Notes under the pieces: generated by a model
The model's input: only the letters and a program-made list of their open reading frames with translations
The model's database searches: none
Told to the model about the DNA's origin: nothing
Source of the DNA: a virus
IMG/VR virus record: IMGVR_UViG_3300025466_000014
Reading direction: 5' to 3' (one strand)
DNA length: 64,000 bases
In this document: positions 17,065 to 25,248 of the stretch, piece after piece
How the letters are laid out: each line of letters starts with the position of its first letter
Numbering within the stretch: the first letter of the stretch is position 1
Translations under genes and position numbers: made by a program

Positions 17065-17298
17065 ATGTTAGACCCTAACGCTGAGAAAATTGAGTTCGAT
17101 ATACCTCCTGAGCTTGGCTGTACTGAACTGACAATTTGTTCTCTTGAAGAGCAAATTCGTTCTCTTTTAAAACAAATGGAATACTACGGTTTAATTCTTA
17201 CCGTCGAGCAAGTTCCAAACAAGCCCCTTGCTATGGGCAACAGTCACTATCGCGTTGGTTTGCGGGGCGACAAACAATCTTATCGTAAGCCTGCTTAA
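17065..17298 (+). CDS. Small hypothetical phage protein
   Basis: LTVEQVPNKPLAMG motif recalled from proteobacterial phages. Confidence 0.5.
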   Translation: MLDPNAEKIEFDIPPELGCTELTICSLEEQIRSLLKQMEYYGLILTVEQVPNKPLAMGNSHYRVGLRGDKQSYRKPA

Positions 17299-17336
17299 AT
17301 ACATCTTTAATCTTCTAATTTTTAATTTGCAAATTT

Positions 17337-17768
17337 ATGGATACTCCTGACCCTGTACTCGAACAAGCAATTCAACTTCTTATGTCTGCGGCTAGCTCCG
17401 GTATACGCCCATACGTAGATGGCCTGCCAACGCCTAACCGAAATTTGTGCATAGAGGTTGCAAAAAAACTTTATGACTCAAACAAGGATTTTAAAGTTCC
17501 GTTTAACATGCGCTTTTCTAGAGAGCTATCCCCGGTAAGTGGGGCAGCAGAAAAGACGCAGACAACAATTTATGAGAGCTGCATTTATCGAACTATGGCT
17601 TTTCGTTGGACGCAGTACGCAACTAACGGCGGAAGCTCTAACAAGTCCATACTTGAGCAGGCTTGGGTAACCTCCCTTGCGGACGTAGAAAAGGTAAATC
17701 AGTTTCCAGATAGTCCCTGGACATTTCCATTTGCCTGGAAACAGGTACAGCGAGTACTGATTAGCTAG
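17337..17768 (+). CDS. Hypothetical protein
   Basis: ORF in a co-directional gene run. Confidence 0.5.
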   Translation: MDTPDPVLEQAIQLLMSAASSGIRPYVDGLPTPNRNLCIEVAKKLYDSNKDFKVPFNMRFSRELSPVSGAAEKTQTTIYESCIYRTMAFRWTQYATNGGSSNKSILEQAWVTSLADVEKVNQFPDSPWTFPFAWKQVQRVLIS

Positions 17769-17771
17769 ACA

Positions 17772-18215
17772 ATGTCTGCAAATAAAAAGCCTAAAAAGAG
17801 CTACCGCCCTAGATACGTCTGCCCAAATCCTTTGGCAGGTCTCTTGGGTGGTTTGTCTCAAATTAGTAAGGCCGCAAAAATCCGAATAGCAATAATAAAC
17901 CATAGCGCAGTTTACGCCTTTGCTAGGGGTAAAGCCACACGTAGCGACTGGGATCATATTTGTGCTCTTATAGGCTTCATAGAAATAATGCTAGGTCTTT
18001 ATTTTACGGAGCAGCATCAGGAAATAATTGAGGAGGCCCAAATAGCGCATGCAGATGCTGGTAAGAGGTTTTTAGAGACAGACGTGTTTAGTTATACCGA
18101 GAACGAACTCTCAGTGATTAACCAAATAATTGATTTTAACGATCAAATAATGGAACAGTCTCTGATTGTTGAAGTCGAAAACGCAAACAAGATACTAAAC
18201 GCAAGCTTTGACTGA
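17772..18215 (+). CDS. Hypothetical protein
   Basis: Basic N-terminus KKPKKSYRPR; tight spacing. Confidence 0.55.
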   Translation: MSANKKPKKSYRPRYVCPNPLAGLLGGLSQISKAAKIRIAIINHSAVYAFARGKATRSDWDHICALIGFIEIMLGLYFTEQHQEIIEEAQIAHADAGKRFLETDVFSYTENELSVINQIIDFNDQIMEQSLIVEVENANKILNASFD

Positions 18216-18229
18216 ATTAGATTGATACG

Positions 18230-18664
18230 ATGAATAAACTTTTATTTTGTAGCTCTTGCCAAGAAAATCGTGTGCCTGAGGGCGGAGTTAGTCTAAACTC
18301 TACTCGATGGGTATGCGCCAAATGTTGGACAAACAAGAGCAAGCGTTTAATGGGCGGCCCTGTTAAGAAGAAAGTTTTAATGTTGGTTAAACCTGTAGAG
18401 GGAGGAAATACCGAATTGCCGTTGGCAAAAAGAGTTTCTAGCAAAACAGTACCTAACGAAAAAACAGCGCAGGCTTTAGTATCATGGCAACCCGGACACG
18501 CCTTCATAGCACCTAATGGTCCTGTGGTTGCCATAGAGGATTTAGAAAAATTCTTTTTAGAAAGTACAGTTTACTCTTTAACTGAGAGAGAATTCATGAC
18601 TAACGCCTATACCGAGGCGGCAAAATTGACGCATCTTGTTTTGATTAGAATGACTCGTATTTAA
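18230..18664 (+). CDS. Hypothetical protein with N-terminal CxxC..CxxC zinc ribbon
   Basis: CSSC...CAKC. Confidence 0.55.
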   Translation: MNKLLFCSSCQENRVPEGGVSLNSTRWVCAKCWTNKSKRLMGGPVKKKVLMLVKPVEGGNTELPLAKRVSSKTVPNEKTAQALVSWQPGHAFIAPNGPVVAIEDLEKFFLESTVYSLTEREFMTNAYTEAAKLTHLVLIRMTRI

Positions 18665-18679
18665 CTTTTGGAGATTCTT

Positions 18680-19255
18680 ATGGAAATTAAACTTAACATT
18701 GACCAAGCAAATTTTGGTGCAACTATTGAAGACGTGTTTAAGACGCTGTCTTACGAAGACAAAAAGAGTTTAGCCTCGCAGTGTATGCTTGAGGTGTTGC
18801 AAACTCCTACTAGCTTTGAGCGCGAGATGTACGCTAAAAAATGCGTTGAACGTATTATTGCTAGTCACAGTAACCGCAATTACGATAAATTGGACACAGA
18901 CGCTAAAGCTCGTGCATCCTACGAGTTTCGTGAAATGATGAGCAAGTACGAAAGCTCTTCTGAGAAGATGGTAAAAGAAATTGTTACCACTGCCATTTTG
19001 CATTACAAAGAATTGGTAGTTAAGTTGGTTACCGAGGACGAGCAGCTAAATAAACTCTATGAAGACGTAAAAGCTACAATTGTGGAAAACTTCCCCGCAA
19101 TGGTACAGGCTGCGGTGATTGCGCATTTTGCAAAAGACATGGGCAGCATTGGAGCTGCAATAACAAACGTGCAAGGTGTAGCTGAGTCCGCCAATCGAGG
19201 ACTGCAAAATCTAACCTCTAGTCTGCGTAGTCAGGGCCTAACCATCAATGTCTAA
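18680..19255 (+). CDS. Hypothetical helical protein
   Basis: GGAG RBS before ATG 18680. Confidence 0.6.
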   Translation: MEIKLNIDQANFGATIEDVFKTLSYEDKKSLASQCMLEVLQTPTSFEREMYAKKCVERIIASHSNRNYDKLDTDAKARASYEFREMMSKYESSSEKMVKEIVTTAILHYKELVVKLVTEDEQLNKLYEDVKATIVENFPAMVQAAVIAHFAKDMGSIGAAITNVQGVAESANRGLQNLTSSLRSQGLTINV

Positions 19256-19868
19256 AATGAAAAACTTTGACAAAATCTACAGTAAGCTGGTTACCAAGCT
19301 TAACAAAAAACTGGGTGTACAGGAAGTGCCTTACAACGGCCCTGCGGCATTTACTCTAGCGCATATTGCTTACCGCGCAGGGATAAAATCCCTAGATGTA
19401 AAGCTAAATAAGAACAAGATTAAGATTGGCCAGCTTGAGGCTAAAAACTTAGAGCTCGAAAAGCTTTGCGACGCAACCTACGTTGCGCAAGGCGCAGACG
19501 CCTATAACCACGCCTGTTCCGAGATGGAAGATTTTCAAAATAAAAGAGCTCGTGCAGGCAAAGAAGTAGGCACTACTGGAAGTCTTGTTGACGGCATGGC
19601 ATGGCTTTACGAACGTCTCGACGAGCTAGAAGCTTTGCAGACAGGAAGCGCAAAGAAGTTAAGCAAAAACATGACGGCGTCAGGTACCAAACTGTATGAG
19701 TACACGTTTACTCAAGAAATCACTGAGAGTAAATCAGAGATATGCCTTAAATTTTTTGCAAAAACAGACTTGGAAGCCTTTCAGGCTTGGTGCTTAGTAC
19801 CTTTGGTTCAGGAGCTTTCACCGAATTCTGGTAAGCTTACAATTGAAACGCGACCAGTAAACGCCTAG
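19248..19868 (+). CDS. Hypothetical protein
   Basis: 8-nt overlap with the previous gene. Confidence 0.55.
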   Translation: MSKMKNFDKIYSKLVTKLNKKLGVQEVPYNGPAAFTLAHIAYRAGIKSLDVKLNKNKIKIGQLEAKNLELEKLCDATYVAQGADAYNHACSEMEDFQNKRARAGKEVGTTGSLVDGMAWLYERLDELEALQTGSAKKLSKNMTASGTKLYEYTFTQEITESKSEICLKFFAKTDLEAFQAWCLVPLVQELSPNSGKLTIETRPVNA

Positions 19869-19941
19869 GTAGCAAAACAATTTAAGCGGTGCTTGGCTAC
19901 TTTTAGTCAAGCACCTATTCTTTAAACGAGGAAATAAAAAC

Positions 19942-20232
19942 ATGAATTCAAAAATCAAATTTGCCATTACACCTGAAGACGGCGAGCGTCTTGCAGAGCT
20001 GTATGCTAATTTGGCTACACCACCTTTGCTTTTTATCAAAGGTGCACCGTTAGATGAAAAATTCTTCTACAAGGACGATCAAAAAAGCTTTACTGCATTT
20101 TTGTTGGGTGTAACCTTTTCTGCTTCTAGGATTAAAGAGTTTGTGGATTCCAAATTTACTAAACCAGCTTTAAGCCCTTTGTGGTTGTTGGATGCGTTGT
20201 TAGCAGAACAGGCTGAAGTTAAAAAACTGTAA
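19942..20232 (+). CDS. Hypothetical protein
   Basis: GAGGA RBS. Confidence 0.6.
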   Translation: MNSKIKFAITPEDGERLAELYANLATPPLLFIKGAPLDEKFFYKDDQKSFTAFLLGVTFSASRIKEFVDSKFTKPALSPLWLLDALLAEQAEVKKL

Positions 20233-20235
20233 ATA
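20223..20235 (+). promoter_or_regulatory. Candidate phage promoter motif AAAACTGTAAATA overlapping a stop codon
   Basis: Exact copy of the 736 motif, upstream of the 20284 gene. Confidence 0.5.
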
Positions 20236-20283
20236 CGAATTGGTTTTGCAGCAACACACCCACACCTTTAAAGGATTTTTTTC

Positions 20284-21231
20284 ATGGCGCCATCTAATGT
20301 AAACGTACTTTCTGCTCTTATACCCGGCTCAGTTTGGGCGCGACAAACAAAAAAGGGGACTACCCAATCCCGCGTTATTGCCGTTTCTAACGCAGGTTTG
20401 TCGGCTGAGGTTTTGGAGCAGTTTCCGCAACAGGTTGTCTTTGTTACGGAAAAACAAAAAATTCTAACACAAGACATTGAAACGTTCCTTGCTAACCGTT
20501 CTTTTGTTGGGTCTGACGACCAACTGGAGACTTTGGTAGCCGCTATTCTTAATCCTTCTATTCTTGACCAAGAACCAGAAGATGAAAACGGTGAAGAGAA
20601 AATTGATTTCGATAGCGTAACGATTTCCTCTAGCCTTAACGACTTGCTTAAGACAGAAGAAGCTATTACTGCTAAAAAGCCGCTACAGGTGGCGGATTTG
20701 ATTGAGGCTCAGGCGCGTGAAAGCGACGGTTCTTTTGATGAACAAGGCTCTTTTGAAGACTCTCTGCAATCTCCGGAATTGGAAATCGCAGGCGACAACA
20801 TTATGAAGCCTGAACTTGAGGAAGCATTTGTTGCTTACACAGAATCACCGTTCCACACTGGCGACACACTGCACACACTGCGCTTTGTTTTGAGTGATCA
20901 GCTCTCCCTTACCGAAGTTGCTAATGCTTTTGACATTAGCCGTGAAGATTCGATTACGTCGTTTATCGTTAACAACGGATACGAAATTTCCACTGCTGTA
21001 GAAATTGACGGCTTTGCTGGCGCTTTCCTGGAACTGAATCTTGGACAACCTGCTTTCGCAGTTCTTTACGTTACGTCTGCCGGTCACTTCCGTGCCGTCA
21101 ACTACGAAAACAACTTGCCCGAAAAAGAAGATTCAGTTGAAGACGTCGAGGTAAAGGAAACAAACCCTGAACCTGCTTTGACGGTAATTGAACAAATTAG
21201 CTCTCCTGCTAATCTAAATGTTATTGCCTAA
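20284..21231 (+). CDS. Acidic hypothetical protein
   Basis: 315-aa D/E-rich ORF, AAGGA RBS. Confidence 0.65.
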   Translation: MAPSNVNVLSALIPGSVWARQTKKGTTQSRVIAVSNAGLSAEVLEQFPQQVVFVTEKQKILTQDIETFLANRSFVGSDDQLETLVAAILNPSILDQEPEDENGEEKIDFDSVTISSSLNDLLKTEEAITAKKPLQVADLIEAQARESDGSFDEQGSFEDSLQSPELEIAGDNIMKPELEEAFVAYTESPFHTGDTLHTLRFVLSDQLSLTEVANAFDISREDSITSFIVNNGYEISTAVEIDGFAGAFLELNLGQPAFAVLYVTSAGHFRAVNYENNLPEKEDSVEDVEVKETNPEPALTVIEQISSPANLNVIA

Positions 21232-21246
21232 TTAAAGTCTTCAAAC

Positions 21247-21281
21247 GCCCCCTTGGATACAGTATCCAAGGGGGCTTTTTT
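21247..21281 (+). terminator. Rho-independent terminator
   Basis: GCCCCCTTGGATAC-a-GTATCCAAGGGGGC-TTTTTT. Confidence 0.9.
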
Positions 21282-21299
21282 GTTTATAGAAAAAATCAA

Positions 21300-22304
21300 A
21301 TGCTAAATCAATACGTGGTAGCCCGAGTTAGGACTAAAGAAGGTAGCAAGCTTGTTTTTGGTAAGGTTCACGAGTTAGCAAAGGGAATTGCTTACTTGAC
21401 TGGGGCTAAAGATGCTCATATACCTCATCTTAAGACTTCCTACGAAGTTCCGGTAAAGGAAGTTGTTGCAGTATTAAACGACAACGTTCCATCGGGAAAG
21501 ATATGGGGCTTCGACGTAGACAGTTGCCTTAAAGGGAAAGTACCTCATGACTTTTTTGGTGACATTGCTTTTTTCTATAAACCAACTAAAGAGGTTAAAG
21601 CTAAACTAATTACGGCTTTTGACGACGCAGCAAAAGTATTTACTAAAGCAGGTTTTAGTTTTCCCGACGAATGCGTATGGGAAATTTACTCACCTGAGAC
21701 TTCTGGTAAGTGGGCTGGTCGCTATAAGCATTCTAAGCACCCGGATAAGAATCCGCACCGCCTGCAGATTGCTCCTGAGAAACATAACGATAACCTTTAT
21801 GTTATTCTTCACGAGCTTGCGCATCACGTAGATTTCTCTTTCCTGCAAAAAGCACCTAAACTACAGGCCGCTTGGATTAGACTCTACAATACCTCCATTA
21901 AACCCCAGACAATTCGCAAAGATGTATCTCAAAGTCTTTTAGACCTTCTAATTGACGGCGAAGATCGCCCATCTGATTTTAAAGGTCAGCTTGAGGAAGA
22001 ACAGCGTAACGCCTTTAACTGGATTATTCGCCAAATAAAGGCAGACCACTCTGTGGGCATTTTTGAATTAGACACGCTGTTTGAGGCTCAATGCAAAGAT
22101 GAGATAAAAACTCTCTGGCCCCTGCGCACACTTGCTAAAAAAGAATTAGCGCCTATTGTTAGTGAGTACGCAACTACTAACGTAAAGGAACTAATCGCAG
22201 AGTCTTTCTCCTTTTATTGGACAAAGAAGAAACTGCCCAGTAAAGTTCATGACTTGGTAGAAAAGACTCTTAGTTACGCAAAAACCCAGGTAGAAAAATC
22301 CTGA
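21300..22304 (+). CDS. Zincin metallopeptidase-like protein (lethal-factor-type motif spacing)
   Basis: VILHELAH and downstream EYATTNVKELIAESF. Confidence 0.65.
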   Translation: MLNQYVVARVRTKEGSKLVFGKVHELAKGIAYLTGAKDAHIPHLKTSYEVPVKEVVAVLNDNVPSGKIWGFDVDSCLKGKVPHDFFGDIAFFYKPTKEVKAKLITAFDDAAKVFTKAGFSFPDECVWEIYSPETSGKWAGRYKHSKHPDKNPHRLQIAPEKHNDNLYVILHELAHHVDFSFLQKAPKLQAAWIRLYNTSIKPQTIRKDVSQSLLDLLIDGEDRPSDFKGQLEEEQRNAFNWIIRQIKADHSVGIFELDTLFEAQCKDEIKTLWPLRTLAKKELAPIVSEYATTNVKELIAESFSFYWTKKKLPSKVHDLVEKTLSYAKTQVEKS

Positions 22305-22316
22305 TTGGAGAACTAA

Positions 22317-22730
22317 ATGAAGTTAGCTAAGTTGATGAATTCCAGCGAAAAAATGCGCAAGATGAATGCGCGTTTCGTCAAAGTCGTGGCCTTCAAGAAG
22401 GGATACAATAGGCTAGGTCAGGCAACTGCTATCGCCAAAACCTATACCCCATTAGAATTTAATTCTGCTAAGACTGTAGTTCGCTCCCGAGATTTAAACC
22501 GCTACGTTTCTTCTATTGTCTTTCTTGACAAGAAACTGAACGTTAAGGTATCCTGCTCCTGCCCTGACTTTTTATTCCGATGGGAGTATCCTCTCTACGC
22601 AAACGGAGCAGCTGACATTGTTTACGGCAACGGTGATCCTGCTAACACAACCAACCCAGGTAACGTCCCTGGAATGTGCAAGCACCTAATCGCTTTGCGT
22701 GTTCTTATTAAGAATTCTGAGAATGTCTAA
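22317..22730 (+). CDS. SWIM zinc-finger protein
   Basis: VSCSCPDF ... MCKHLIAL. Confidence 0.8.
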   Translation: MKLAKLMNSSEKMRKMNARFVKVVAFKKGYNRLGQATAIAKTYTPLEFNSAKTVVRSRDLNRYVSSIVFLDKKLNVKVSCSCPDFLFRWEYPLYANGAADIVYGNGDPANTTNPGNVPGMCKHLIALRVLIKNSENV

Positions 22731-22732
22731 AG

Positions 22733-23674
22733 ATGTCTTATCAGCATTCGGAATCTTTTGCTAAACTTAAATCCATTAAAGAGGGTATTGATAGTTCCCT
22801 AACAAGCTATCAATGGCTTGCAACTCTTGATTATTTTATTGAATCCGCAATTGACCCTATGGTTACCTCTTTACCACTGCTAGTAAACAACTACTACGCT
22901 AAGGTAATTGCTTGGCAATCACATAAGCCTTCAATAAAGTTTTCAAGAATAAACAAACATGATTTGCCCACTCTGCTTTTTAACTCTATTACTACCGAAG
23001 GTGCGGTGAGCAGAAGCTTTCAAAAAGAGATGCTACTTAACCGAGGCCTCCTGTTTGGGCTAATTAACATCTTTCAGCATACTGTAAATGGATATATGCA
23101 AGTGCATAATCCGGCTACTAGGATAACCAACAATGACCGAATGTTAAAACTGGCTATTGCTGAAAAGAATTTTGATACTACCTACTTGTATGCTTCGGCT
23201 AGAGAATCTCAATTCTGGGCTAACAAGGCTTACTCGTTCAAAAAGCTTATAGTTCAAAAGTACACTAGGCTGGCGCTAATGAACGCGAAGGGCGTTTACA
23301 CGCAGGTTCATACGTATCTTAAACTAGACGATATCGTGCAAACGTATCTAATGTTTTTATCTAAGGCCATTGACCGGTGTGACTCTAGGCAAGGTGTGCT
23401 TACTACGTTTATACAAACTTGGTTTCACTCTGCTAAGGCGCATACTATGAAAGAAGCCCAAGATAAACATCAGCAATCATCTTTTGATGAACAGCATGAA
23501 ACAACAGATTTGTCGGTAGGTCCTGATACCTCTTACGAGAATATTCAGCACATAGCCAGCACTGCTAAAAGAGTTGACCCATCAGGAATTTTGCGCGTGT
23601 CTCTTGGCATACCAGAATTTTTGAGTAGCAACCAGTTAAGTATCTTAGCCCACCACTGTAAAAAGGAAATTTAA
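22733..23674 (+). CDS. Phage sigma70-like factor (region 2; no clear region 4)
   Basis: KKLIVQKYTRLALMNAK / LDDIVQ..LSKAIDRCDSRQG / LTTFIQTWF parallels RpoD 2.1-2.3. Confidence 0.65.
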   Translation: MSYQHSESFAKLKSIKEGIDSSLTSYQWLATLDYFIESAIDPMVTSLPLLVNNYYAKVIAWQSHKPSIKFSRINKHDLPTLLFNSITTEGAVSRSFQKEMLLNRGLLFGLINIFQHTVNGYMQVHNPATRITNNDRMLKLAIAEKNFDTTYLYASARESQFWANKAYSFKKLIVQKYTRLALMNAKGVYTQVHTYLKLDDIVQTYLMFLSKAIDRCDSRQGVLTTFIQTWFHSAKAHTMKEAQDKHQQSSFDEQHETTDLSVGPDTSYENIQHIASTAKRVDPSGILRVSLGIPEFLSSNQLSILAHHCKKEI

Positions 23675-23675
23675 A

Positions 23676-25160
23676 ATGGATTTAGATGACGCAAAAAGTA
23701 ATTCACGGGAAAATCAACCGCGTGAATCGGACCTTGTAAACATTTACAAATTCCCAGAGAAAAAATGGGTAACAATTCGTCTAACACCTGGCTTGCAAGT
23801 TAAGGCAAATTATTGGGTTAAGGTTACTACCAAGAGTGGTAAGAAGACAAAGTTCCCAACTAGCGTACCATCTTTTGATACAGCCTCACAAGAGCGGGAT
23901 AGCACAAAATACGATCCATGGCGTGACCTGCAGGCTTACGAGGCAAAGCTGGTTGCCGATGGTAAGATGACTAAGGAAGAACAGAATATTCAGTATAGCC
24001 CTGCGTACTTTATGCAGGCTATTATTCGTTCCGAGCAAAAGAAAGCACCTGCTCGGCTCCCTAAGCCTACGGCAGACGAGCGCAAGACCGGTTTCAAAGA
24101 AAAAGATTCGGATTCATGGACACCCAAGATGGTTGTTTCTTTGGGTCGTGCTTTCATTGGTAAGGTCAAGGACTTGAAGGGGCTTAACACAGTAGAGTCG
24201 CCTAAAACAGGCGCAGTTAAGGCGTTCGCAGTTAACGACGTTAAATTTGGACGTGACTTGCGCGTCTACTTTGACCCTGACAAAGCCCCTGCTGAGCAAT
24301 ATCAAGTACAAATGGGCGATAAGCGTACTCCTCTCACAGAAGAAGAGCTGGCCTATCTGTCTTGGGATTTGTCTTTGCTGGAAGCTCCTACGGTTGAGGA
24401 CTCAGAGATTAAACGTGATTTTGAAAGCTGGGCAACACGTAATAAGATTAAACTTCCTAAGAGCATTAAGGCTTCTAAGAGCCACGATGAAGAGGATGAA
24501 GAAGATGAAGAAGATGAAGAAGACGAGGACGATAAGCCTTCTAAGAAATCCTCTAAGGCTTCGACTAAATCTAAGTCTAAGGCGTCTAAGCACGTTGAGG
24601 ATGACGAAGACGAAGACGAAGAAGATGCTGATGAGGATTTTGACGACGAAGAGGACGAGGACGAGAAGTCTTCTAAGTCAAGCAAGTCCGGTAAATCGGC
24701 TAAGAAGCCCGCAGCTAAGAAGTCATCTAAATTCAAAGTAGATGAGGACGAGGATGAAGATGATTTTGACGACGAAGATGAGGATGAAGATGAGGATGAA
24801 GATGAGGAGGACGAAAAGCCTTCTAAGTCTAAGAAACCCGCTGCGAAAAAGTCTTCCAAGAAAAAAGTAGATGAAGACGAAGACGATTTTGACGACGAGG
24901 AAGACGATGACGAATCTGATGATGAAGACGAAGATTCGGATGACGAGGATGAAGACGAAGAGGATGTAAAGCCTTCTAAGTCTAAGAAACCTGCAGCCAA
25001 GTCTACAAAATCTAAAAAGAAAGTAGACGAGGATGATTTTGACGACGAAGACGAGGACGAAGAAGCTGAACCTCCTAAGTCCAAAAAGCCAGCTGCTAAG
25101 AAGACTTCCTCTAAGTCTAAGAAAAAAGTAGATGATGAAGACGAAGACGACGATTTCTAA
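23676..25160 (+). CDS. T4 gp32-like single-stranded DNA-binding protein with ~225-aa charged repeat tail
   Basis: VTIRLTP, YFMQAIIR, SLGRAFIGKV, FGRD.RV, Y.V...KRTPL match the gp32 layout as recalled; directly upstream of recA. Confidence 0.6.
   Translation: MDLDDAKSNSRENQPRESDLVNIYKFPEKKWVTIRLTPGLQVKANYWVKVTTKSGKKTKFPTSVPSFDTASQERDSTKYDPWRDLQAYEAKLVADGKMTKEEQNIQYSPAYFMQAIIRSEQKKAPARLPKPTADERKTGFKEKDSDSWTPKMVVSLGRAFIGKVKDLKGLNTVESPKTGAVKAFAVNDVKFGRDLRVYFDPDKAPAEQYQVQMGDKRTPLTEEELAYLSWDLSLLEAPTVEDSEIKRDFESWATRNKIKLPKSIKASKSHDEEDEEDEEDEEDEDDKPSKKSSKASTKSKSKASKHVEDDEDEDEEDADEDFDDEEDEDEKSSKSSKSGKSAKKPAAKKSSKFKVDEDEDEDDFDDEDEDEDEDEDEEDEKPSKSKKPAAKKSSKKKVDEDEDDFDDEEDDDESDDEDEDSDDEDEDEEDVKPSKSKKPAAKSTKSKKKVDEDDFDDEDEDEEAEPPKSKKPAAKKTSSKSKKKVDDEDEDDDF
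24480..25160 (+). repeat. Coding repeats: alternating GAY/GAR acidic tracts and KSKKPAAKK blocks
   Basis: 24-nt exact repeat AAAGCCTTCTAAGTCTAAGAAACC at 24815 and 24968. Confidence 0.9.
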
Positions 25161-25186
25161 AATATGTTAGGTGGTGGTGTGAGGCT

Positions 25187-25227
25187 AATGGGGCTAGCAG
25201 GGGTTCGCCTCTCCTAGCCCCATTTTT
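25187..25227 (+). terminator. Rho-independent terminator with TTCG loop
   Basis: AATGGGGCTAG..AGGGG-TTCG-CCTCT..CTAGCCCCATT then T run. Confidence 0.75.
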
Positions 25228-25248
25228 ATTTCTTTGTTAGGAAATTAC

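Noticed and set aside
23081-23090. ACTGTAAATG inside the sigma-like gene as another promoter copy
   Set aside because: It is an imperfect match in coding sequence about 590 nt from the next start, so chance is likely.
24353-25084. 243-aa poly-Ser ORF on the minus strand
   Set aside because: It is the antisense shadow of GAY/GAR acidic codons in the SSB tail, with no RBS or independent signal.
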